64,000 nt of DNA from assembly GCF_964204645.1 (NCBI RefSeq), contig NC_134027.1, positions 22,344,560-22,408,559 of the forward strand. Direction: 5' to 3'. The notes below the pieces were generated by a model that was not told the DNA's origin, made no database searches, and saw only the letters and a program-made list of their open reading frames with translations. The position numbers and the translations under genes were made by a program. Source of the stretch: Tubulanus polymorphus (Eukaryota > Animalia > Nemertea). Shown here one piece after another: positions 26,638-38,867 of this stretch. The stretch's first letter is position 1, and each line of letters begins with the position of its first letter.

Positions 26638-27083
26638 TTTGATGTTCATTAGGGTTATTTGCTATTTTGCAGAAAACCCCTCTGCAATATTCATGATTAT
26701 TCTTTACTACGGTACTATGCATCTTCTAATCTTTAAAAGTCTCCGAGGAACCAATTTCAACAATAATGGTCGATCGCCAGGATGAAATGAACTTCACAAG
26801 AACTAATTATAGTTGCAATGTTAAGAAACTGATTTTATTGAAACCTTCACTAGAGGGCGGCATACCACAAACACCATTAGCTAACACTACAGATAGCTCA
26901 ATAAAAAATAAACAGGGTGTCCCAAAAACGTGTTACCGTAGGTTTAAGATTAGTTGTTCATTATTGTTGAACAAAAAAATTGGGAGGTAAGGGGTAAGGG
27001 GTAAGGGGGTATGACCTGGGTGTTCGCTCGAGGATGAAATTTTGAAATGCAAAAGAGTCATGCACGGCTAAGCCCTAAATAAT

Positions 27084-27143
27084 TAGGGTTTTCCGTTACA
27101 TCACAGAAAACCCTATTGATATTCGCGTGTTTATTATTATTAT
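27084..27143 (+). mobile_element. Helentron/HINE-like element end, starting a ~2.7-kb insertion (27085-~29840) absent from the paralogous unit
   Basis: TAGGGTTTTCCG...AGAAAACCCTATTG subterminal IR followed by (TTA)n, starting at a TT site exactly where homology to ~13055 breaks. The other end was not identified. Confidence 0.5.
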
Positions 27144-28348
27144 TTGACAATTGACGTCAAAACCGCAAAGGCTTTCTTACCTAAGGGCGCTTTCCGATAC
27201 AATCAGTTTTATTTAATTTAGCTCACTTCGATCTACAGATACTGCTTAGGTATTTTGATGAATCAACGTTACAATAGCACTGTAAACATCGAAAATTGAG
27301 CCCCATTCATTGAGGCGACATGTTTTTTAGAGTCGTCATCCCGAAATCATCCGCCGGCTGGCCCTCACTTCGATTATCAATTCAAGTGTAAATAAACAAA
27401 TTTATTGCCGCAAGCCTTCACATTCAGTTGCGGTCTTCGAGCAGTAATCTTAACAATTACCCATTTTTTTCATCGGTACACTTTACCGATCACCATGATA
27501 TTAACTACTCTGAATATTATAAATATTATAAGCACTATTGAGCTGTAAAGATCGATAATCAACGTGTGTCTTTACGTCGTCGTTCCGCGGATCTGCTGCG
27601 AGTTTTCCTCGCCATAAGAATCAAATCAAGTACAAATAAATTTATTACTCCCAGTGATTTGCCTGTGGGCTTCAAACAGTTAGTTTTACAATATTCTATT
27701 TCCCTATACAAAATTTACCGGATATTTACTAAGGTAAATCATTTAAGTCCCGGCGAGTCGTGGGCCTAAACTAAACGACCAAACTAAACAGGCCGAACAG
27801 ATACAGCAGAGAAAAGCTGTAGTGTTGACGTTGTATCAAAATAAATGAATTTATTACTACAGTGATTTGGCCCCGGGCGTCAAACATGCATCAGTATTCT
27901 ACTTTTCCTACCGTACACACCGAGCTTTTCCAAATCCACGGGATATTTACTAAATACAGGTATATGACACACTCTCATCCGTAAGCTGGACTCACGCTTA
28001 TAATCGGAGTAAGTGTTCGCCGCGGGGGTACGTGACCTTTAGGTCTACCGGTAGTGAGCTTTACTGTCTCAAACAAACACATGTAATTTTTGTGATGATT
28101 AACGGACTCATGGATTGAACTCCAAAACAAAATTTGCAAAAAAAAATCTGGCAACATTGCTGCGATGTACAAAAGATTTCTTTCTTCATAATCCGAAAAT
28201 AAAATCGATGTTACGAATTGAATATCCCAGAGACCTATCCCTGTTAAATAAGGTGTAGGAATAAAATGTTTAGGAGGGTTGAAATTCAATAGGCCTGAGA
28301 CCCAATCCGTCCGGATGTTAGGCATACGCATATACATAGGCCTACGTA

Positions 28349-29290
28349 TTTCCTATTGAAAAAGGCTCTACTTAAAGCTCGTACTACGCATTTTAGAAAT
28401 AACAACCTTAGAACTCCTACGTTGGCTACCGATAAACAGCCTATCATTGTACCGTATGTACCTTTCCTCGAGAATTCTAAAGTTTCTCTTCGGTCACTAA
28501 ATAAACAACTTATCTTTAAATACAATAATAAACTTAGTAACATATTGATTAATAACAAACCGAAAACCGAATCCCTAAACTGTGGAATTTATAAAATACC
28601 TTGTAAAGTTTGCGACAAAGTATATATAGGAGAAACAGGTCGGAATCTTAATCAACGCATAAAAGAGCATAAATTAGATGTAAAAAACTTTAAACCTGAA
28701 AGCGGAGTTGCTAGTCATGTTTTTCAGACTTCACACAATTTTGATTTTGCTAATGCTGAATTAATTTACCCTTGCAGCGATAAAACTAGAAGACATATTT
28801 TGGAATCTGCATTAATTATTGAAAATTCGAACAACGTTGTAAACCTTAACAATTGTTTTTCACCCCATAATAAACTAAGATCAAAATTCCTCTGTAAACT
28901 GGTTAAACTCAACACTTGATTTCCCCTTTGATTATTTGTTATTTGTTCTCTCATCAATTTCGTCTCTGACTTAACTTGTATTCACCTTTGTTTTAATTTA
29001 AGTGCCCCCTAGTTTGTCTTTCTTTTTACTACTGACTTTAAGTTTCATTTATATTTATAGTCACTATTGTTGTTTATAATTACCCCTTAGTTTGCTTCCC
29101 TTTAATCTATTTTAGCGTGTAACTGTTTCTACGTTAATTTTCCTTTAGTCTCTTTGTCTCTGGATTGTATATATATCTCATAATTTCTGTAGTATCTCAT
29201 TATTCCTGAAGATGACTATTAGGATATAGTCGAAAACTATCTCGAAGTTTCATTTTCGGACTTTTTATTATCATTGTGGGATTCTCTCCT
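28349..29290 (+). mobile_element. 5'-truncated Penelope-like retroelement with 14-bp TSD
   Basis: GIY-YIG endonuclease ORF 28356-28919 (GIYKIPCKVCDKVYIGETGRNLNQRIKEH...SGVASH...ILESALI). Flanked by CATAGGCCTACGTA at 28335-28348 and 29291-29304. Confidence 0.93.
29206..29251 (+). ncRNA. Hammerhead-ribozyme-like motif in the Penelope 3' region
   Basis: CTGAAGA-T-GACTAT(TAGGAT)ATAGTC-GAAA-ACT(ATCTCGA)AGTTTC: core boxes plus stems II and III. Stem I is not evident. Confidence 0.55.
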
Positions 29291-31887
29291 CATAGGCCTA
29301 CGTAGGCTAGTAGCCTCTACTAGGTTAAAGCTAAGTTCACTATAAAGGAGGAATCAGATTTATTAAAATAAATGTATTAGTGATTAACTGGTTCTGACTT
29401 CCAATGATCAATCATAATTATTAACGATATTCTATTAGCAAAAATGAGGAATTAATTCCTAATGACTTAAGTTATTGCGGATCCCGAGAAAAAGATCTTT
29501 TTTATTCAAAAAACCTTTCGCTCGAAATTTTTCGTCGAAACAAAATATTTTTTCGTTCCAACCAATAAAATCTCATTTGATAGAACCAATTTGAAAAAAC
29601 TCATTAGGACAAAGCTGTTTTCGTTCTTTTTCTTATCCATACGAAATGTTTTTAGTTCGAACAATTGTTCGATCGAACAGAATCGTTTTCATTCTCTCGC
29701 CAGAATGTTAAGTTTTCCGTTCGAACAAGTATATTGTAAAAAGTTTTTAAACCGAACAGAATTATTTTCATTCAAACATTTGTTCGAAACAAAATTGTTT
29801 TCACTGGACAAAATTTTTTGTCGGGACGAAAAGTTTTTCCATTTTTTGTCAGGAAATATTTTCACGGCCCTGTTCAGGCACCATACTTTTCACTACAGAA
29901 TGTGTATAGGCTCCATACGTCGACGTTGAATCTACAAAAGCTCTTATTCGAAATCGACAAAACCCAAACAACGCACAGATAAAGTTTGTCTTTACAAATC
30001 TTAACAAGACAATTTGTTATCGAACCAAGATACACTATTTGGCACCTTGACAACATGTACATTAGATTGAGCCACAGGCACTTTTCTTATATAATGGGTT
30101 TTGACCTTGCTGACGTGATAAATTTTACCGTAATCTACGATAAAAAATTCACCGGGTTCGCGCCATCTTAGTTACCCATGATGCAACTGTTTTACCTATG
30201 ATCCAATGCGCCCCCTTTCATTTATCTATAATATAGGCCCACAGAGAGGTAAGAAACGACCCTTAAACTTCTCCGTATAACAACATAATTGGATTGCGGG
30301 GTTTCGCAATCTGCCAAAGACGTCTAATGTAAAGATAACCACGTGCATCGCGCTCATGCGCAATACGAACATGAAAACAAAGACTCTTGTTAGCGCCGAA
30401 CTTAATTTGAATATGCAAATTCAACAGACAGTGAATAAAAAAATTGGCTTTTCCCCATTGATTATTCCAACGAAAGCCAGCTAGGCCTTCAAATTGTGGA
30501 TGGAACGAAATCAGCAAATTCATTCTGATCGTCACATACGTACGGATACGTCCTTGGGACATGAGAGAAAATTGATTTTCTCGATATAATAATAATTAAT
30601 TATAATTAATATATTATCTAGTGTGCCTTATCGTCCGCACACTACCCATATACACATTAAACTATTGACTCATGCCCAAACCTGACTGGGCCAACTACAA
30701 ATATAGAGACGACCGGATGCCTTGAAGTTAACCCTTCAATCGATCACCTGATAAACTTGTCGTTTCCGGATTCCCCATTTTGGCGAGATGGTTTAGTTAC
30801 TGAGTGGAACCGTGCGGCGAAGAAGAAACACATTTTATTAACTACACCAATCCGTTTCAACTGTAAATGGATGGAGCCCCGCAATCGAATTTCTATCGAC
30901 AAAATTTATTAAAAACATGACCACAACATTTCGGCTGTTGACGAACCGCAATCATCAGTTGGAATGACTTGAAGCAGACAAACTCCACATCGACCTAGCC
31001 AAGAGAAACGCATTTTTGAAATCGAATTAACCAAAAAGGGTTTAGACTAGGACACAAGGCTTTTTCCTCTATCCCGGTCCCCATACTGTTTATTTTTACC
31101 AAATATTGAAAGCCCCCCCCCAACCGGTATACGTATAAATTGAACTCAGAAACAACTGCCTTTGAGAACTCCTAGGTACTGGCCCGTGATTAGGTATTTA
31201 CCGTGATTAGGTAATGACCTAGTGACAAGAATGGCATTCACTTAAACGAACTCGGGAAATCTGCACTCGTATCACACTTCTACAACATTTTGATAGTCAA
31301 GCTGAAGTCTTCAGTACTCCCGTCACGAATAAACGGAAGGATCGCTCACTAACACAGACACCACCAAGTACCGAAAAAGCAACCAAGAAACAAAATGTTG
31401 ATAGAAACTAAACTGTATTGTATAGTGGGATATCAAATTATTTGTTCCCCAAATATGCTTAAAGTCTCTATAATCTTATTCGATCTGAATAAGTTATTCA
31501 ATCTAAACATATCTATCGAATGGATATACCTGAGTGTGTCAATTGTAGTTACCATACTTCTACGGATTTCAATCTGAAAGCCCTCCCCCCCCCCCAACAG
31601 GTACGTATCAACTGAACTCAGAAACAACTGCCTTTGAGAACTCCTAGGTACTGGCCCGTGTATTTACAGTGATTAGATAATGACCTGATGCCACCTATTT
31701 TTTCTCATGCGTATTTTCTGTATAGAGCCGAACATTCTCTGTATAGAGCCGAACATTTTGCGACCTGTTCAGATGTTTTACTAAAACACATTTCACCATT
31801 TACAATGAATTCTTGTGCAATGAATGTTTATATTCAATTTAAGTTATTAAAGTAAGTTATTAAGTAATTTAAGTTACATTCACATTT

Positions 31888-31890
<3 letters not shown>

Positions 31891-31964
<74 letters not shown>
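31891..31964. repeat. (TA)n microsatellite (mirror 39570-39643)
   Basis: Directly visible. Confidence 0.98.
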
Positions 31965-31969
<5 letters not shown>

Positions 31970-32666
31970 TCTTACGTACGTATCTGATATATCATTTGCA
32001 TGATATCTGATACGCCACTGTAACTTTAACTGTATTTTGTTGGAAGTTCATTCGAAAGATATGAATATTTTGATTTTGAATGCTTATTTTCTTAATAGTT
32101 TTCAGTTTCTGCTTGATTTTAAGTTCGATGCATTTCAATTAATTTCATACACAAAATAAAATTGGATCCGTGCAAATTCGCAGTTCTACCGATTAATGGC
32201 CACCATCAACCAGTGAATGATTTTGCCATCGATAAGCTTACATGCTTAGTATGTTTTTTCTTTTTGAAACTTGGCCGAGTGTGTCGTAATCTGAGTTGGG
32301 GGATTTGCTATTTTTTATAAGTCTAGATTTGTTTCTGTTAGTCTCCCTTATCATCTCATTTTATAGAACAAATTGCTATGTTGTGATGTCTTGTAGAATG
32401 CGGCAAACTGGCAGAAGTTGGTATCGAGACGGAAGCTCGAAATACGCTCTGCAACACATTTAGTCGGTTTTCGAATATAGCTATTGGACTGATATCGTAT
32501 TCCACCTTCACCTTATAGAGATGCCAAACCGGGGGAAAAATCCATTTAAACGCGCCATTGTACTTCACCTGCCTATTGACTTATTCACCAATAAATGCCT
32601 TGTGATGTTCCGTAGTCAGAACTCGTTAGTTCATCCCGGCATCATCTAATAACCGAAACTGCTAAA

Positions 32667-32963
32667 ATGCAATTGAAATTTGTATATTTTACATTTTTGC
32701 TGAAAATCTGCGAATGTTTCGAAACGGGCTCGGTATATTTCGCCGAAGTAGCGACAAGAGGAAACGATTACTCGATAGATGGACCGTATCTGTCTATTGA
32801 TAAGAATTCAGCCTCTTTGATCAGTTGCAGCGCCGCGTGTTCACTGGATACTAAATGCAAATCGTTCAATTATCAAGGAGATTCCAGCGTTTGCGAATTG
32901 AGTGACAAGTTACCAACTGGCCCGACGTTCAGGCAGAGAAATGGGACAGCATTTAGATACAAG
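32667..32963 (+). CDS. Signal peptide + PAN exon 1, left-arm copy (no sense-strand GON exon downstream)
   Basis: MQLKFVYFTFLLKICEC leader; SLISCSAACSLDTKCKSFNYQGDSSVCELS PAN motif; donor AAG|GTTGGT. Confidence 0.75.
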
Positions 32964-33154
32964 GTTGGTGCAAAGTAGAGCTTATTTCACAGACACGTTT
33001 TCATTGAATGTGACTTACCAATTTCGATTACAACTGATTGATAAGACCCCCATCGATTAAGTAATAACTTTTTAAGCGTACAGAAACTTACTTCTGATGT
33101 GGTCTCGGGGTCGTGAGAACCATATACGCGTGAATACATATTGCATACATTATA

Positions 33155-33518
33155 TAGTGGCCGATTCGGGCCATGTAAAAATATTACACACCTTGCAATT
33201 TTTTCTACCAAAGCCTAAACGCGTGATGAAATGTTGAATTATTACCACGTTAACAGACGAAAAACTAGCGCAATAAAAGGAGAGCGTGATAAAAAGAGTT
33301 TATCCCGTTCCTTTTCGTTTTAACGCAGCAATGAAACGACCAATTTAGTTTCATCGTGCAACGAGTTTTCTTCGTTTTATCCAATTGGTTTTGGTTAGTT
33401 TTTCATCCTAACGTGGCAATAATCGTTATATCCCACAATGAAACGAATTATAGGCGTTGATCAAAAAAAGGTTGCAATCAAGCGATTTTTTTTCACACGG
33501 CCCGAATCTCCTACCATA
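33155..33518. mobile_element. Palindromic MITE-like element (mirror ~38016-38379)
   Basis: GATTCGGGCCATGTAAAAA / TTTTTCACACGGCCCGAATC, with inner IR ATTATTACCACGTTAA..GAAAAACTA / TAGTTTTTCATCCTAACGTGGCAATAAT. Confidence 0.6.
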
Positions 33519-34433
33519 TATTACATATCTTATGCGTTTGGAACTGCTTTTTGAAAAACGTTGTGTATTTTTACATCCAGTGTACATCCAGTTAAACGTC
33601 TCTGAAACATTGCAAACCATTCTAAATAGGACAAAATTGTTTACTTAAAGATATTGGCACGGTACAATGAGCTTTTTCTCAAAACGGTGTGTAAAATGAA
33701 CCCGATAGATGAAATTCATCATCTATGTCGGTCGGACGGTTCATCGGTCTCACTATGCATACATTTTCCCCAATATGCGAGAAAGCTTTAAACTAGAACA
33801 TTAGTTTTCTCATTATTTATTAACCAGTAACGCTGAACGTTGATGGTCGGTCGATACGTTAAAACCATTTCATCTAAAAATCGTTTAAGAGTCGTTGCAC
33901 TTGTAATATTATTGTCATTACTAATTGAGGTGAATGTACGTAAATGCCTCGTCCAAAATTGGAGTTTTAACGTCAAGATCGCGATGTAGGTTAAAAGACT
34001 ATCTTCAACGATGTGTCGACAGAGCTACGAGTGATGTCTCTACTGGCAAGTGAGGATCCACCAGGTTCGCTAGTAGTAACTCGGTCCTCTGTGTTCAATT
34101 TATACAATTCAGTTGAAAAATCCAAATGAACTTTTCTCAGAAAAATCAGTTATCAATGAATACAAACAAATGAATTTATTTTACATTTCATATCAAACTA
34201 CCTTATCTCTTCAGAAAATTGATAATTGATAACAGCTATACCAAGCAGCATAGCATCCGCGTGGTATCATTTATGATCTGCAACCTTGAAATACAGTTGT
34301 AGATTGATCGAAAATGACCTGTACCGCCATACCGTCGTACCATTGGTCGTATCGCCAGATCGGCTGGTTAGTGGTACCCCACACAGAAGTGTATATTCTT
34401 ACGATTTCTTTTCTTTTTCTATTAAAATTTTAG

Positions 34434-34467
34434 TGTCAGGACCTCGATGGAGATTGCCTCCGATACG
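34434..34467 (+). CDS. Micro-exon 2, left-arm copy (CQDLDGDCLRY+G)
   Basis: Pyrimidine tract + ttttag| (alternative cag| 6 nt later), strong donor CG|GTAAGT; phase 0 to phase 1. Confidence 0.55.
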
Positions 34468-35560
34468 GTAAGTTGAAAACATGCATCCTTTATTGCTTTG
34501 ATATATGATTTTTAATAGACGCAGGCTTTTTTATGTCATATGATGTAAACACAAAGTCAAAACGATAGCGATGTAATATAAACTTAACAATCGAGATAAA
34601 AACCTCGGGAGTAAATCGTATTCATCGTCCGGCATTAATACGGCACTCAAGAATGTGGCTGCGCTCACACGACATTCACAACTCAAATCAATTCGAAGGA
34701 TTGAAATCCGTCACCGAGTAAATAAATAAAGTTTCTTAATAACCATTATGCACATGTAAAGATACTGGTATGGTATCCATTTTTGATCATTTAAATATGC
34801 CTGAATAGGGGATGGGCAAATACAGCTCCAGAAAACTTAAGCGAGAATTGATGTATTCACTCAATCAAAACGAATTCTAACCAATTTTGTGGTATGGATT
34901 TTCAATAGAATTACAATTTCAAGCGTGGCGATGTTCTACCATCATTAATATTTCAAATATCTTATTCGCAATCGGTCGGTTAAAAGAAGATCGACAGTCA
35001 CGACGAATTCGGATCACGAATTTGCATATTTCATGCATGTGTCATTAGTTATGCACGATTACGATACGGAACTGGGTCAGATGTTCGGTGCATATCTGAA
35101 GAACGGGCAATTTGCATATCCGAATTCGATTGGACAAAGTTGTTTCAGAACAAAGACAAACATTCTCTAATCCATAAACGTGTGCGCGGTTTTAAAGTTG
35201 CTGGCATCGTTAAACAGCGCAGCACGCAAAACGTCGGAAAGGAATCCGTGCTTCATTAGTTACAAAGTTGACAATTTATACAAATAAAAAATGACGTCAA
35301 ACCATAACAAATCAAAAAGCTATTATTCATGACTACCAGTAGACTTGCAACATTGTGATCCCAGTCCATACTTTTAATTTAGTTATCAATGGGTTGAATG
35401 GATTGGAAATGAATTGATTGTGATGCAACAACTGACAAGTGCTAGAATTGTTGAATCATTCATATGAGGATAAAATTGTTTTTTTTATAATTTTTGTTAT
35501 TGTTTTCCGCCAAACTGAAGGGCAGAATGTTTAAAAGAGTAAGAACATAAATGCAAATAC

Positions 35561-35823
35561 CTCAATAGTGAAACGAACTCGCCGAAAATTTACGTAACAC
35601 CATTCGCCCCACACTCTGTATATACCATATTTCGCAGCCTGGCTGAAGTTGTTCGTCGGTCCGGCCGGAAGCGGAAGAAACTCTTTAGGCAATAATGACG
35701 TCATCCCGTGACAGAAGATATCGAATTTTCGTTTATAAGCGCTTTTGATCGGGTATAGAGCGTAAACTTTGTCTTCGGTATTGCCATTGATCAAAACGTC
35801 AGTACAAGTGGCCGGACGAATGC
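35561..35823 (-). CDS. GON-domain exon (N-terminal half of ADAMTS9/20/gon-1-type GON domain), exon 3 of PAN-GON gene
   Basis: RPATCTDV...TEDKVYALY...FDIFCHGMTSLLPKEFLPLPAGPTNNFS...VNFRRVRFTIE matches the GON pattern (C..DGEY..IFC.GM....PKEY..L......NFS..F.KIRI). Acceptor ttttatttcatttacag| (phase 1), donor GAG|GTATTT. Confidence 0.8.
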
Positions 35824-36165
35824 CTGTAAATGAAATAAAAGGATTGCATATGCATCGGTTTTTATGCTCTTCGGTTCCTGACACACCGCCCCCTCACCTC
35901 AATTGTCTTTTTTTATGCATTCACAACAACGATGGTCTATTTAAAGGGTTTAAATTTCATCATTATTACGGATACTTTATTTTGGCCTAAATTTTGCAAT
36001 CAAATATAATTCATGACTCGTATTTTTATTTCATACGTAGGTTTTCAGACTTTCATGTTTTAGTAATGAAGTTTTTACAGCAGTATTCATGTCGATAATG
36101 TGATATTTATCCTTAAGGTGCCAATATACCTCCAAGTTGGTTTTCTTCTTCTTCTTTCTTATCTC

Positions 36166-36623
36166 CTACCTGTCTGTCACACAATGTTCTCCGTGAGACA
36201 TTTTGATCCGTAATTTCGATAATAATCTGTTGATCTTCGTTTATTGTGCATCAATTTGTTCGGTAAGGATTTAAACCTTCGGAAATGAACTTTGATTTCA
36301 TATAAACTTGTTTTTGTTTTCATTAATCAGCGATAGTTTACTCAGCATACGCTCGCCGAGAAAGGGCTTTCGTGGTACGTAATGTGGCGCCGCCTACATT
36401 GTTACGCATAGCATAGCATTGTTTATTTTGCATGATATACTGATACAAAGATATGTAATTACTATATGTTACAGTAGTTACCCATCGCTGATTAAGGGAA
36501 ACAAAATCAACTTTAGGAAAGATTCGTTGTTTATTTCTGAATGCTAAATCCTCGCTGAACGAAGTGATGCATTATAATGAAGGTAGATCAAGCTATTATT
36601 GACGGATTCTAAACGTCCACAGG
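36166..36623. mobile_element. Diverged copy of the 619-1117 palindromic MITE
   Basis: CTACCTGTCTGTCACAC...CAGCGATAGTTTACTCAGCATACGCTCGC...TTGTTTATTTCTGAATGC...ATAATGAAGGTAGAT. Confidence 0.7.
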
Positions 36624-37066
36624 TTGACCATGTGACATACGTAGATTCTATGAAACATCGTACGTCGGGGTAGAGTGATTTGTTTTGTAGGCCATCGGCT
36701 GTTAGACACGATTTAAGATATGCCTGCGCAGACGAAAGCTAAGTACCTAAACTATATTTCAATTCGTACTGGGTAGAACCCTGTACTAACCGTGGTCTTA
36801 CCAAATACTTAAACATCTCAAACTGAGGGGTGATCCTTCGAATTGATTTGAGTTGTGAATGTCGTGTGAGCGCAGCCACATTCTTGAGTGCCGTATTAAT
36901 GCCGGACGATGAATACGATTTACTCCCGAGGTTTTTATCTCGATTGTTAAGTTTATATTACATCGCTATCGTTTTGACTTTGTGTTTACATCATATGACA
37001 TAAAAAAGCCTGCGTCTATTAAAAATCATATATCAAAGCAATAAAGGATGCATGTTTTCAACTTAC

Positions 37067-37100
37067 CGTATCGGAGGCAATCTCCATCGAGGTCCTGACA
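37067..37100 (-). CDS. Micro-exon 2 of PAN-GON gene (right arm)
   Basis: Mirror of 34434-34467. Its phase-1 donor matches the phase-1 acceptor of the spacer GON exon. Confidence 0.6.
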
Positions 37101-38570
37101 CTAAAATTTTAATAGAAAAAGAAAAGAAATCGTAAGAATATACACTTCTGTGTGGGGTACCACTAACCAGCCGATCTGGCGATACGACCAATGGTACGAC
37201 GGTATGGCGGTACAGGTCATTTTCGATCAATCTACAACTGTATTTCAAGGTTGCAGATCATAAATGATACCACGCGGATGCTATGCTGCTTGGTATAGCT
37301 GTTATCAATTATCAATTTTCTGAAGAGATAAGGTAGTTTGATATGAAATGTAAAATAAATTCATTTGTTTGTATTCATTGATAACTGATTTTTCTGAGAA
37401 AAGTTCATTTGGATTTTTCAACTGAATTGTATAAATTGAACACAGAGGACCGAGTTACTACTAGCGAACCTGGTGGATCCTCACTTGCCAGTAGAGACAT
37501 CACTCGTAGCTCTGTCGACACATCGTTGAAGATAGTCTTTTAACCTACATCGCGATCTTGACGTTAAAACTCCAATTTTGGACGAGGCATTTACGTACAT
37601 TCACCTCAATTAGTAATGACAATAATATTACAAGTGCAACGACTCTTAAACGATTTTTAGATGAAATGGTTTTAACGTATCGACCGACCATCAACGTTCA
37701 GCGTTACTGGTTAATAAATAATGAGAAAACTAATGTTCTAGTTTAAAGCTTTCTCGCATATTGGGGAAAATGTATGCATAGTGAGACCGATGAACCGTCC
37801 GACCGACATAGATGATGAATTTCATCTATCGGGTTCATTTTACACACCGTTTTGAGAAAAAGCTCATTGTACCGTGCCAATATCTTTAAGTAAACAATTT
37901 TGTCCTATTTAGAATGGTTTGCAATGTTTCAGAGACGTTTAACTGGATGTACACTGGATGTAAAAATACACAACGTTTTTCAAAAAGCAGTTCCAAACGC
38001 ATAAGATATGTAATATATGGTAGGAGATTCGGGCCGTGTGAAAAAAAATCGCTTGATTGCAACCTTTTTTTGATCAACGCCTATAATTCGTTTCATTGTG
38101 GGATATAACGATTATTGCCACGTTAGGATGAAAAACTAACCAAAACCAATTGGATAAAACGAAGAAAACTCGTTGCACGATGAAACTAAATTGGTCGTTT
38201 CATTGCTGCGTTAAAACGAAAAGGAACGGGATAAACTCTTTTTATCACGCTCTCCTTTTATTGCGCTAGTTTTTCGTCTGTTAACGTGGTAATAATTCAA
38301 CATTTCATCACGCGTTTAGGCTTTGGTAGAAAAAATTGCAAGGTGTGTAATATTTTTACATGGCCCGAATCGGCCACTATATAATGTATGCAATATGTAT
38401 TCACGCGTATATGGTTCTCACGACCCCGAGACCACATCAGAAGTAAGTTTCTGTACGCTTAAAAAGTTATTACTTAATCGATGGGGGTCTTATCAATCAG
38501 TTGTAATCGAAATTGGTAAGTCACATTCAATGAAAACGTGTCTGTGAAATAAGCTCTACTTTGCACCAAC

Positions 38571-38867
38571 CTTGTATCTAAATGCTGTCCCATTTCTCTG
38601 CCTGAACGTCGGGCCAGTTGGTAACTTGTCACTCAATTCGCAAACGCTGGAATCTCCTTGATAATTGAACGATTTGCATTTAGTATCCAGTGAACACGCG
38701 GCGCTGCAACTGATCAAAGAGGCTGAATTCTTATCAATAGACAGATACGGTCCATCTATCGAGTAATCGTTTCCTCTTGTCGCTACTTCGGCGAAATATA
38801 CCGAGCCCGTTTCGAAACATTCGCAGATTTTCAGCAAAAATGTAAAATATACAAATTTCAATTGCAT
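38571..38867 (-). CDS. Exon 1 (signal peptide + PAN) of PAN-GON gene (right arm)
   Basis: Mirror of 32667-32963; same strand as the spacer GON exon. Confidence 0.8.

Larger units (their letters stand above)
34702..36832. other. Unique spacer of the palindrome (2131 bp)
   Basis: Arm identity stops at ...TTCGAAGGAT|34702 and 36832|ATCCTTCGAA... Confidence 0.97.

Noticed and set aside
34240-34400. Minus-strand peptide GVPLTSRSGD...SFSINL resembling the second half of GON
   Set aside because: Lacks the AGDC cysteine, has no in-frame acceptor and an early stop, and lies antisense within intron 1 of the same gene; probably chance.
35050-35130. Minus-strand peptide DMQIARSSD...PVPY resembling the GON continuation
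   Set aside because: Stops before any AGDC motif and lies within a small inverted-repeat element; not supportable as exon 4.
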